From assembly GCA_051530055.1 (NCBI GenBank), contig CM121341.1:12254784-12318783 (forward strand): a stretch of DNA of 64,000 nucleotides, in the 5' to 3' direction. A model generated the notes under the pieces. It was given only the letters and a program-made list of their open reading frames with translations, made no database searches and was not told the DNA's origin. Shown piece after piece: positions 1 to 10,228 of this stretch. Source of the stretch: Neoechinorhynchus agilis. Lineage: Eukaryota > Animalia > Acanthocephala. How positions within the stretch are numbered: the first letter of the stretch is position 1; every line of letters begins with the position of its first letter. A program made the translations under genes and the position numbers.

Positions 1-56
1 GCGTGATGGCGACGGTCGAGGAAGGACAAAAGCTGGAATTTGGTGGGAGGTGGTGA
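1..56 (+). mobile_element. 3' end of CRE-clade non-LTR retrotransposon ORF (continues off the left edge)
   Basis: Translates VMATVEEGQKLEFGGRW*, matching the C-terminus of the element at 441-880 (VKATADEGEKLQFCGRW*). Confidence 0.75.
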
Positions 57-440
57 ATGTAATATCGAAATTTGGTTACTTTTCTTGTCTGTTATTGTTT
101 AGGTCGCATTTCGAAGAATGAGGGAGATCGTTAAAGACGAATGTATTTCGACCGATTGAGTCGGTCATTCTCAATTCAATCTAAAATAACATAGGGATTC
201 GTCACAACACGTACATGTGATTTTTTATTTGGACTCGGGACCCAGGAGAGCGCGAGCTTGTGATCCAATCGTTCGTTTTATCGTTTACTGCCTTCATATA
301 GAAGCGAATCATTGTTTATTCTTAAATTTAAACTCAGTGACTGAATATATGAATTTTGTTGGTCTAATAATGCGATTAGAAAAAACCATCATTGAATCTT
401 TTTTAACATCAAAATGTTTGTTAAAGTACAAAACGTGCAA

Positions 441-880
441 TCACCACCGTCCGCAAAATTGGAGCTTCTCCCCTTCATCGGCTGTCGCTTTCACGCTAAC
501 AGCAGTGCCTCGTTGTACTGCGAGCGAGATATTTTGTCGCAGGAATACACCTGCTCGTGCGTCGCCCGTCGTTTCTCTCAATTTCTTCGAGAGATCCTGG
601 AGCAGGGTAAGTGCCGAGCTGCCAAGCGCTCCATACGTCTCTACTCCGAAGGGGACAAAATAGTGGGCCTTTGCTAATTCTCTATATTTCCGTACCTTCC
701 TGCCTTCCGCTGCACTGGCTACACCTCCAGGGATTTCGAGTGAGTAGGGAATGTTGCTTGCTGCAAGGGTGGCCAAATCTCCCAGATGACACAGGCATTG
801 AAGCTTGTCGCCACGCCTCATCTGAGAGCTGGACATTTAAAATACGCTCGATACAAGTCTTCACCTTGTCGTCGAGCTTA
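441..880 (-). mobile_element. 5'-truncated, internally deleted CRE-clade retrotransposon (RLE C-terminus)
   Basis: YFVPFGVETYGALG...RQNISLAVQRGTA motif typical of CRE-type RLE elements. Highly similar to 16788-17040 and 17700-17795 but jumps from the post-RT region (QASMPVSS) directly to the RLE region. Confidence 0.85.
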
Positions 881-964
881 ACCACGACGAACGACGCAAT
901 CGAAGTTAACTTGATTGAGGAGCATACCGTGACGAATATGGAATTCACGGGAATATTAAATGCA

Positions 965-1856
965 ACTTCACAACCAATGAAAGGATGCTCTTTCATGAAA
1001 TAGATACTAGGGATTTTGATCGATTTGTTATTAACAATATTCAGCTTATAAATAAAATTATAGGTCACGTAAAAATTTATCATTGTTCAGTAACTTTATT
1101 TCTCATCGGATTAAGTTTGAAGTTCAGAATTATTAGGAAGAATTTAAGGTGTTGATTAATTTGCTAAATTTCAAAAATGTAGGGCCCAACCTTTATAAAA
1201 ATCTAGTACAACCTTTCAAAAATGCTAACTGTTAGATCTTTGATTGTCGTCATTTATAATTTGGAAAGGTATAGAAGATTTTCCGTCGGCTATTACGCTT
1301 ATTTAAAGTCGCTTAAACCGTTTTGAGCAGCATGCGTAATAATTTGCACGGAATTCGAAACTTTCGTCTTAGTAACTTTTAATACTTCTTGCAATATGGT
1401 TGGCTCCCTGAATTAGCACGATCTAACCTTTATAAAACAGATTACCGTTTGGCATTGCTCGGGAAGCTTAATCGAGGATGATCACTATTCAAAAACTAAG
1501 ACATGATCAAAAGTTATGCAAATTAAAAACATACGAACTTTAGCTATACTTTGACCAATTCAAAAGTCGCCTCGTTATTATTATGCTCCGTAGGCATTAA
1601 GATCAACGGAAACTTCTTTGCGGTTTTCGATTTCATTTGATTAAATGTCAGAGACAAAATCAATTTATGACCTAGAAAGTTTACAAAAACTTTCCAAAAA
1701 TCTACATGCAGACTTTATTTTATTTTTAACACTCCCTGCCGGTCAAAATTTTAACGATCTTTTATCCGTCTTAAACTTTTCGCTCAATCCGATTCGAGTG
1801 CGGAATTAACACTTTAATAACCTAAAAAAGTTCGACGAAAAGGATCAAATATTGAG
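965..1856. repeat. ~890 bp dispersed direct repeat, copy 1
   Basis: Aligns by eye with 4762-5618 at high identity with small indels; no coding signal. Confidence 0.9.
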
Positions 1857-1888
1857 TGCAATGAAACTAAAAAACTGACTATAATTCG

Positions 1889-2236
1889 CGAATCAGAAGA
1901 CGACAATTCATCATCTCCTTAAATCGGATGTCACTGTCTTTTGTTCATCATTTTCGCAGTTAAGAAATATTTTAAAGAAATTGCACAAATTCTGTGTTGC
2001 AAAGCAATTAAAAAACTGATTACAATAATTAACGAATCAGAAGAAGACAAATCATCACCTCGTTAAATCGGACGTCCCTATATTTTGTTCATCATTTTCG
2101 CTCTTAAGAAACATATTAAAGAAATTGAATAAATTCTGTGTTGCGAAGAAACTGAAAAGCTGACCACAATAATTTTCGAATCAGAAGACAAATCATCATC
2201 TCTAAATCGGATGCCCCTTTTTTTTCATTATTTCCG
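1889..2236 (-). ncRNA. Tandem cluster of three box C/D snoRNA-like units (144 bp period; 1889-1956, 2033-2100, 2177-2236)
   Basis: Minus strand reads cgaaa-ATGATGA-guide-CCGA-spacer-RTGATGA-..-CTGA-ttcg, i.e. C, D', C', D boxes with a 4-bp terminal stem. Unit 3 has a degenerate C box (ATAATGA). Confidence 0.5.
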
Positions 2237-2296
2237 TACTTAAGAAATATTTTAAAGAAATCAAAAATCTGACTACAATAATTTTAGAATCAGAAG

Positions 2297-2635
2297 GCCT
2301 CCAGCACGAATGTTTTTCGCTTCTGGCGCTTGCGGCAGAAACTTTTCCAGGGGAAGAAGTCTTCTTGGATCGATAGATAGCTGTTTTTCCTTGTTGAATG
2401 AATTCGCCTACATACTATCCATCATTGTTACTGAAAAATAGTATTCTTTGATTGGTCCGAAAATCTCATCGACTTTTCCGATTTATTCTTTATTTTCCAA
2501 GTTGATTTGAGCATTGAAATAGGGGACGTGTGACTTCATCTCTGATCTGAGAACGAGTTGTCCCTCGCAAGGGTGTAGAAATTCACCGGCATGTTGGACG
2601 CTTTGAGGTGTTCCCAGGTCAAAATCGCGCCCGCC
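2297..2635 (-). pseudogene. GAR1: GAR1 (H/ACA snoRNP subunit) pseudogene, intronless, two nonsense codons, no GAR tails
   Basis: Translates GEFLHPCEGQLVLRSEMKSHVPYFNAQINLENKE*IGKVDEIFGPIKEYYFSVTMMDSM*ANSFNKEKQLSIDPRRLLPLEKFLP. Stops at 2483-2485 (TAA) and 2408-2410 (TAG). Confidence 0.9.
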
Positions 2636-4201
2636 TTTTTAAGATTACGCCTCTGTGGTTCTAGCTGCTGTTGTGCTTATTTTGTTAGTTCGCAATTTTC
2701 CGAAATTGTAGTTTGTTAACAGAATGTCTCGTGTTGACTACGAGAAATAATGTCAGCCGCATTATTGCTTCTTTGTTTAATGGGCCTGAATATACTTGTA
2801 TCGAATTCGTTGCCGCCATCTCTTCGGTATGGCATTGCTTATTTGAGTGTTTGTTTATCGTTGCGCATTTCAATGTTTTCTGAACTTTTCGAAATTAATT
2901 TATCGCCTTGTCGTAATTTTATTCTACGCGTGAGGAACCCAATTTTTCCTTGAAAAGATTGTCGTTTACGTCGTTTTGAAGCATTATAAAGGTGTTCTAG
3001 TAAACATGTTTGCTTATTAGTTTTCGAGTTGTTGAGCAAACTTTGAACGCCCGTGTACTATTTTGGTGCTATGTTTACCATTAATAGTCTCCGTTTGTGC
3101 ACCCGTTAAAGTCTACTTGGTTCGAGCGTCACTCCGTTTTCGAACCAAAGAACCATCTTCATCACTCATCCTTGAAACGAAATGTACACGGCCTTTGAAC
3201 TTGCCTGGATCTACAACGATTTCCAATACGAAATCACTTGGTTGACTCAGGTGTATCAGTACCACTATGCGCTCTATGGAGATCGGTATACCGACTATTT
3301 TAAAAAGTACCACTGGGTTCAATACTGGAACCACATAGCTTTGTGGGCCATGAGCAGAGGCATAACCGAGTAGCTGCCTCTGCTAATGAAGGTCGGCTAA
3401 AATCGCAAACTGACCCCTATGTCATAGTCATTGCGATATTTTCAATAAAGTGTTATCTTTATTGCTTGATCGAATTCTTGTGTTACGCAAACTATAGAAT
3501 CCAGGACATTCGCTTTTCACTAATTTTAATATAATCTTTTTAGCGCAAGTTTTTTTGTGATTCTTATATCTAACTTTTTGTTCGATGAGCGTTCTCATCT
3601 ATACCAATCGATGTGTCCATTTTGTACATTTGCACACCAAATTACGTTCGTCGCAGGGATTTGCTGTGATTTTAAGCTGTTCGATGTGAAAATGACTATC
3701 AAGAATATTTATTGCTACCAATAATCCAATATAGAAGCCAATCGCGAGCAATATAATTGGGCCGATAATTTTGTGATTGCATGCAATGCGTTCCCTTAAA
3801 AAAACTAGTACCATTCAGCAGATAGAATTTTCGGAATCTTATGGAGGCTGATATTTAAGAACATTGACATGTGAGATAAATGAAAGTAATGTTTAATTTG
3901 AACATTTTATTTTGCGTTCACGAAATATAAAAACGTCCTAGCTAAAAATTGTAATGTCCTTGCGGTTCACCGTTCTCTTTTTCAATGCTCATAGTTGAGC
4001 GATTAATCAATAATTGTTCACGCCTCGCACGAATGATCATCGAGTCGATTTCCTAGGAACGTCGTATTGGGTGTAGCATTTCTATTTATTGAATACCACT
4101 GCCCTTTTACTGTCGATATCCACAGAATCTCCAACAATGCAAATATTTTGGATTTTGAGACTTCAATAACGACGTTTCGGACGATGAAATTCCTATGCGC
4201 G

Positions 4202-4690
4202 ATCTATTAATATTATTGCATGTTGTGTTGCAATTGGTTCGAACAAGTCTCATTTTCCAAAACAAAATTTATCGCTTAAGCAAGCTCTTGGTTCTACAAA
4301 ATATAGAAGTTTGTCAATTTTCATATGCGGAAAGTTTCTCAGATTTTCAAATATGCATGGATTATAAGACATTTCGTCCTTTTATGCATCGTGCATTTTG
4401 AAATCAAAGTCAATCACTCATATAAGATCACAGATAGAAAAATCCTTCAGGGTGATAGAATTCGACCTGTGGTAAACATAATCCCGGGCATGACTTAATT
4501 GAATTGTTGTTTAGGTCTACACCCGGTAAATGATTATTTATTAAAGACGTTTCGAGCCTCGTCGGGTTCTTCATCAGTTTGTTTGTTAGTAGCGTCTTTT
4601 ACTAACAAACAAACCGATGATGAACCCGACGGGGTTCGCAGAACGTCTTTAATAAATAATCGTTTACAGGGTGTAGATCTAAACAATAAT
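4202..4690. mobile_element. ~490 bp non-autonomous repeat ending in a palindromic double-hammerhead module, copy 1 (probable Penelope pLTR derivative)
   Basis: Near-identical to 16207-16695; the right ~190 bp is an imperfect inverted repeat. Confidence 0.75.
4543..4580 (-). ncRNA. Minimal type-I hammerhead ribozyme motif (family 1)
   Basis: aaa-CTGATGA-A-GAACC-cgacga-GGCTC-GAAA-CGTC-ttt: intact core, 4/5-bp stem II, palindromic ACGT stem III, 3-bp stem I. Confidence 0.65.
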
Positions 4691-4761
4691 TTCAATAGTA
4701 TTTATATCATGCAGTCACGTTATTTTTTATCAATGCAAATTTCTTTTTGTAAAATTATGTC

Positions 4762-5618
4762 ACTTCATAACCAATGAAAGGATGCTCTTTCATGAAATAG
4801 ATACTAGCGATTTTGATCGATTTGTTATTAACAATATTCAGTTTATAAATAAAATGTAACTTTATTTCTCATCGGATTAAGTTTGAAATTCAGAATTATT
4901 ACTAAGAATTTAAGGTGTTGATTAATTTGCTAAATTTCAAAAATGTAGGGCCCAACCTTTATAAAAATCTAGTACAACCTTTCAAAAATGCTAATTGTTA
5001 GATCTTTGATTGTCGTCGGTTATCTTTTGGAAAGGTATAGAAGATTTTCCGTCGGCTATTACGCTTATTTAAAGTCGCTTAAACCGTTTTGAGCAGAATG
5101 CGTAATACTTTGCACGGACTTCGAAACTTTCGTCTTAGTAACTTTTAATACTTCTTGCAATATGGTTGGCTCCCTTAATTAACACGATCTAACCTTTATA
5201 AAACAGATTACCGTTTGGCATTGCTCGGGGAAGCTTAATCGAGGATGATCAGTATTCAAAAACTGAGACATGATCAAAAGTTATGCAAATTAAAAACATA
5301 CGAACTTTGACCAATTCAAAAGTCGCCTCGTTATTATTATTATTATGTTCCGTAGGCATTAAGATCAACGGAAACTTCTTTGCGGTTTTCGATTTCATTT
5401 GATTAAATGTCAGAGACAAAATCAATTTATGACCTAGAAAGTTTACAAAAACTTTCCAAAAATCTACATGCAGACTTTATTTTATTTTTAACACTCCCTG
5501 CCGGTCAAAATTTAAACGATCTTTTTGCCGTCTTAAACTTTTCGCTCAATCCTATTCGAGTGCGGAGTTAACAATTTAATAACCTAAAAAAGTTCGACGG
5601 AACGGATCAAATATTGAG
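4762..5618. repeat. ~890 bp dispersed direct repeat, copy 2
   Basis: Matches 965-1856. Confidence 0.9.
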
Positions 5619-5734
5619 ATCAATAAAATAGTCTCTATTTTCATAATCACCAAAGAACACATAAATACATGAACAACTTCTTTACAAACTTTATCTTAAA
5701 CGAAAAATCCTGAGAGACGGAAATGTTCTGCCAC

Positions 5735-6040
5735 TTGTTGAACTAAAACACATCGACATTCAGTGGACCCAGGACTCGAGGAGTTGCAATGCGATCCCCA
5801 TTTTGGAAGTTTTGATAACGCGACAAGGAGAAGAGTACAATTTCCGTATACAAGAAGATTGGTAACCGACAGACATTGTCTCCCTTCATCACAATGGCAA
5901 CATTTAAGTATAAAATGGCCAGGATTAAGTCGCTGTTTTGATCGTGCATACAACTACTGCTCCAACCTAGATTCCCTTAATAATAAATTTAAGATTCTTG
6001 GGCATATGCTCAAAGGAAAGGGCTACCCAATCTATGTGAT
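5735..6040 (+). mobile_element. Penelope-like element RT C-terminal remnant (frameshifted)
   Basis: HIDIQWTQD...IPILEVLITRQG resembles the PLE (N)IKFTME...LPFLDVLITR motif; then RCFDRAYNYCSNLDSLNNKFKILGHMLKGKGYP resembles the PLE RA..ICS..L..NGYP motif. Confidence 0.65.
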
Positions 6041-9000
6041 GAGAAGAGCTAGTTGCAGGGTCTTCTATGGTAGGAAAACAGTGCGCCAGGAGTCGAAACA
6101 AAGGACCTTCGTAGATGCGCCATTCGACGATGACCAAGCGTATTTTAACATGCCTTCACCTTGAACTCTGTTGTTGCTCATTGTCACTGATCACGGATTA
6201 AACTCATTTCGCTCCTTTACAGTCTTCGATTCTTTGTTATGATATCCCAGTTCGATCCGAACGTGATGAGCAATTGTGATCGGAATCTCGGTACGCTATT
6301 AAAAAATCCTCAGTTGAATTCCGCCATTAACCTTCATTTAAGAAACATTCGTTATTTGTTGCATTTTAAACGATTAGCATTATAACTACATTTATTAAAA
6401 TAACGTTCTAATGGTCGAATAATGAAAAATTAGCTGAATATTTTAAATAATAAAGGTTGGACGAATGTTTGATTATTTCGCGGAACGACATTCCAGTTCG
6501 ATCTGAACGTGATGGGCAATTGTGATCGGAATTTCGGTTCGCTTTTAGGAAATCCTTGGTTTAAATCCGCCATTAAACTTCATTTAATAAACATTTGTTC
6601 ATTGCTGTATTTTGAATGATTAGCATTATAATTACAATTATAAAAGTAATTTCTCAATAAAAGTTGTATATCGGTTTATTAGCGCTTATTTTTCATCCGT
6701 TATTGTCGATGCCTGAAAATAAGTTTAGAATAACCGTAATTTTGTGTGAAATCGATTAAAGTCCCAAATTGTTGCCCAGTGGATTTGTCGATTATTAATT
6801 GTTTTATTCTTCAAAGGATGCCCTCTCCAATGCAGGAAATACTCTGCAAGTGTTAGCGTGGACTGTTTCAATGAAATCTTCAATGTCCATTTGCTTTATG
6901 TGACTAATAACCTCTGCGACTTGGCTTAAAGATCGCGATTGGGTTGTAAATAAAACTCAAAGGAAGAAACGCCAATGGCGGCTACTTTTTCAACACAAAG
7001 ATCTACCTTTGATGAAAGTTCTTCGAAATAGCCACATTCACCTCGTTCAAAAACCAAAAATTCGTTGCAATTCGTTGGATGCGTTCCGACCGTGCAGAAT
7101 ATATTGTCTTAAATGGTGAAAATGCTTAATTCTGTAGAAATCAAAATATTCAAAAAAATTAAACGTTCTTTTTCACACTTTTGACTTTAGTTGAAATCAA
7201 AATGCTTCCTGTGCTCATAATGCATTTGTAAATACAGTCGATTCTCAAACCTGCGACGAGGTCTACACAAACTAAGTCAATAATAACTTATTTGTTTTCA
7301 AAAGTCGACATTAAACTTTGTAATAATTTTTAGTTTGAAGGTATTCAGGCGACAACTTACTGCCCGTTTTGTGATTACTTAAATAAGACTTACTGTTAGA
7401 TGTGGCCAATGAAATTGCTTCTTGTGTTGTCTTCAAATTAGTTCCGGTCACAATAATCTAATTTTACAAAGACGATTAATAATGTCATCTGCATAAACAA
7501 ACCACGCCAACTTTGTGCTCCACCGCACGATTGATTACATTTGTAAGATCCTCTTAAATAGAAAGCACTTAAAAATAATAACATCTTATAACTTTACGCT
7601 GGTGAACTTTGCGTCCATTGTATATTCCTTGATACATGAAATCTACCGCGAAATTATAAACGGTACTGTTTTATTTAAAAAAAAGATGAAACCTGTAAGA
7701 TTTGCACCCACATCTAAGAATACCTTTTCATTTAGATGCAAGATAAAAAGAATTTACCTATTAATCGTCGCCTCATTGACCTTTGTTAATCAGTGGTCAC
7801 TATTTATCTGGAAAATGTTATATAATAATACATTTTATTTCAATAGTACCCATGACATGATCTTTCCCTTAACCAAGCTTTTATTTTTTAATAATCATCT
7901 TTACTCCGTTTCCTATAGGAATAATTTTATTTCTACCGATTCCTTTTTCGTTCGGTGCATTTAAGCTTCCATAGGATTTCAATATTCTACTATAAACTAC
8001 CTTATCAATTCTATGTCTTATAAAGACAAAAAGAGCTGTTTTCATTAACTAATAGGTTAGTTTTTTGAAGGCAAGTAGGGGTATTGAGGAGCTAAGAGTT
8101 AGCTACTTGCTCAGCCCCCACTCCCTTCTTCGCTTTACTCTACCTTTAGATTTTACGTTGATTATTAGAATCAACTCAATCTAAAGAAAAAACTCATAAA
8201 CTAACAGTATGCGCGTATTAATAATAAATATCACGGATTAAACTCAATTTGCTCCTTTACAGTCTTCGATTTTTTGTTTATTGGTTTCTCCCACTCCTAT
8301 TACCAGTCGCCACATTGTCATTCTACTCTTCATCATCAAGATTTTTCGTTTCGTTTTCTACATCCTCCTTGGGCTTCGTCGTAACTGTCTTTTCCATTTC
8401 GTCGGTTGCAGGAATGCGTTTAATAACTCAGAATCATTGTGAATGAATGCATGAAAAGGCGGTGGAGACGGGCAGCAGCAATAGTTTTCTTTTTGAAAAG
8501 GAATTCATTGTAAGGGTGTTTGCAGATGCCGTTCAAAAAGATCAAAACAATGAAATCTAGAATGTACGCTCAGAGCTAATAAATATTGTCCATTTTTCAC
8601 AAAATCAGCGGGCGCGGAAACGCAATTTGTTCTTTGTAAAGTAGGATCTTAGATCTTCTAACGGAACGACGTGAGCGAAACGGACATTCACATCTAATCG
8701 TCTTTCTAGAAGACAAATGAATCAAGTCAATAGAACCCAAAAAGGAAATCAGCTCTTTGATTTTGCATTAAGTGATTTTCAAGAAATTAAAGTTGCACCT
8801 TAGCGACACGAGCATCTGCTTGCAGATTAATTACCAATGAATAACTTATTTTATGAAGATTTAACAGAATTAAATGTTTATCTATTGCTGCAGCTTAAAG
8901 ATTGCTTCATATGTTCGGTGACGTTTAGATTAAATTTAAATCCTTCATTACAATGCTTGGAATATATAGAAAGCTTGTGGGCTTGCTTTTATTAAGCTGG

Positions 9001-10228
9001 CAATACTGAACAGTTTAGACCTTAAACAAAGCTTTTCTAATTTTGAACCAGTCCAGTCAAGGGCACTATAGTTTCTTAAGCATTGATATATTTCTGATGT
9101 AATAAATCTTATGCAAATAAAATTGTCAATGGATTTTGGTTCAAAAGTAATTGCCTTTTCGATGTATAAAGTGAGCGTTTCGCCCTTAATTTTTAGACAG
9201 AAATTACCATTTTCCTGTTAGAAAGAATAGTATATCTTTCAATAGGGACTGGACTAGAATTTGTAGTCAAAAAAACGGGAAGGAATTCGCGAATCTGTAT
9301 TTAATGGATAAATTCCGATTTTTCGTAAAACAATTCAACAATTGATCAGAAATCCAGGACGGCATTGCAATCAAAAGTAAACGATAAAAGTCGTTTGAAT
9401 GTCAACACAGAGTTATGCAATCTTTTGATATTTTCCACATCACTATAAGCTGCAGTCAGCCTTTGAAATCAACAACTTGCAGTCTAAAGTTGAGTCATTT
9501 TTAATAACAAAGAATTGCGTATGCTTTTATACTAAATAGGCAGCCAAGATTTTCATTTGCTTTTCCCATAGAAGAGATCAGCGCTTTTGGTATTAAGTTG
9601 ATATTTCTCAATTTTATTCTTTTTTGTCTTAGAATAACCATATCAATGATTTGATTCCTATGAAGACTCCTTGAATTTTATCACTCGGTGTATATAACTT
9701 TTAAGGGGTTTCAAGTGTTAAATTCAATTTTAAACCTTTTGCCCCAGGTTATGTTCAACGTTAAATAAACTGGAAGAGACCTCGGCCTAAAAATCAAACT
9801 CGATATGTCTAAAAATTCTAAATGAAACAGTGTAAATCGGCTGAGCATTTAGAGCTTAACGTATCTGTCTAATAAATTAGTCCATAATTCTGTAATGAAT
9901 TCGTTGACAGTGAAGAGAAATGTACTTAAAGCAAGCGATCTAAAAAACGATGTAGAAGCGGATGGCTGGAGTTGCATTGCTATGCGTAAATCTTAGGTTA
10001 CAAGTATAAAAACGAAGAAAAAATAAAAGATAATTCTTTGCCTGACTCACTGGGTTTCAGGAATACGCTTTTCCACGTCGCTAAGTCCTTTTACAGCGCA
10101 CATTTAAGGAACTTAGTCGAAAAACCGCAAAAAAACTTGAAGGATGCGAATGCGATCCTCCTAATGCTTATGCGCCTTTATTGGACACATATTTGATTAT
10201 TATACTTATGAACATATCGCAATTTCGC

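Noticed and set aside
121-180. ~60-bp segment similar to ~32490-32555
   Set aside because: Short dispersed repeat with no structure or termini that I could interpret.
2408-2485. TAA/TAG at Gln-compatible positions in GAR1, plus TGA ending seven host genes, suggested stop-codon reassignment
   Set aside because: The 534- and 611-aa ORFs contain no in-frame TAA/TAG, and CNP and NDUFAF3 appear to end in TAA and TAG. Ordinary pseudogene decay explains it.
2700-3373. Possible MULE (YFKKYHW..LW) or Penelope GIY-YIG (YTG..LLEH..RRDGG) remnants
   Set aside because: Motif matches are short and on opposite strands; cannot be supported without a profile search.
3599-3814. ORF with a type-II signal anchor, possibly a first exon
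   Set aside because: No downstream exons or homology could be identified.
7515-7964. 149-aa ORF
   Set aside because: TTG-started, F/I/L/K/N-biased ORF typical of chance in AT-rich DNA; the same applies to most other short track ORFs and to antisense ORFs over real genes.
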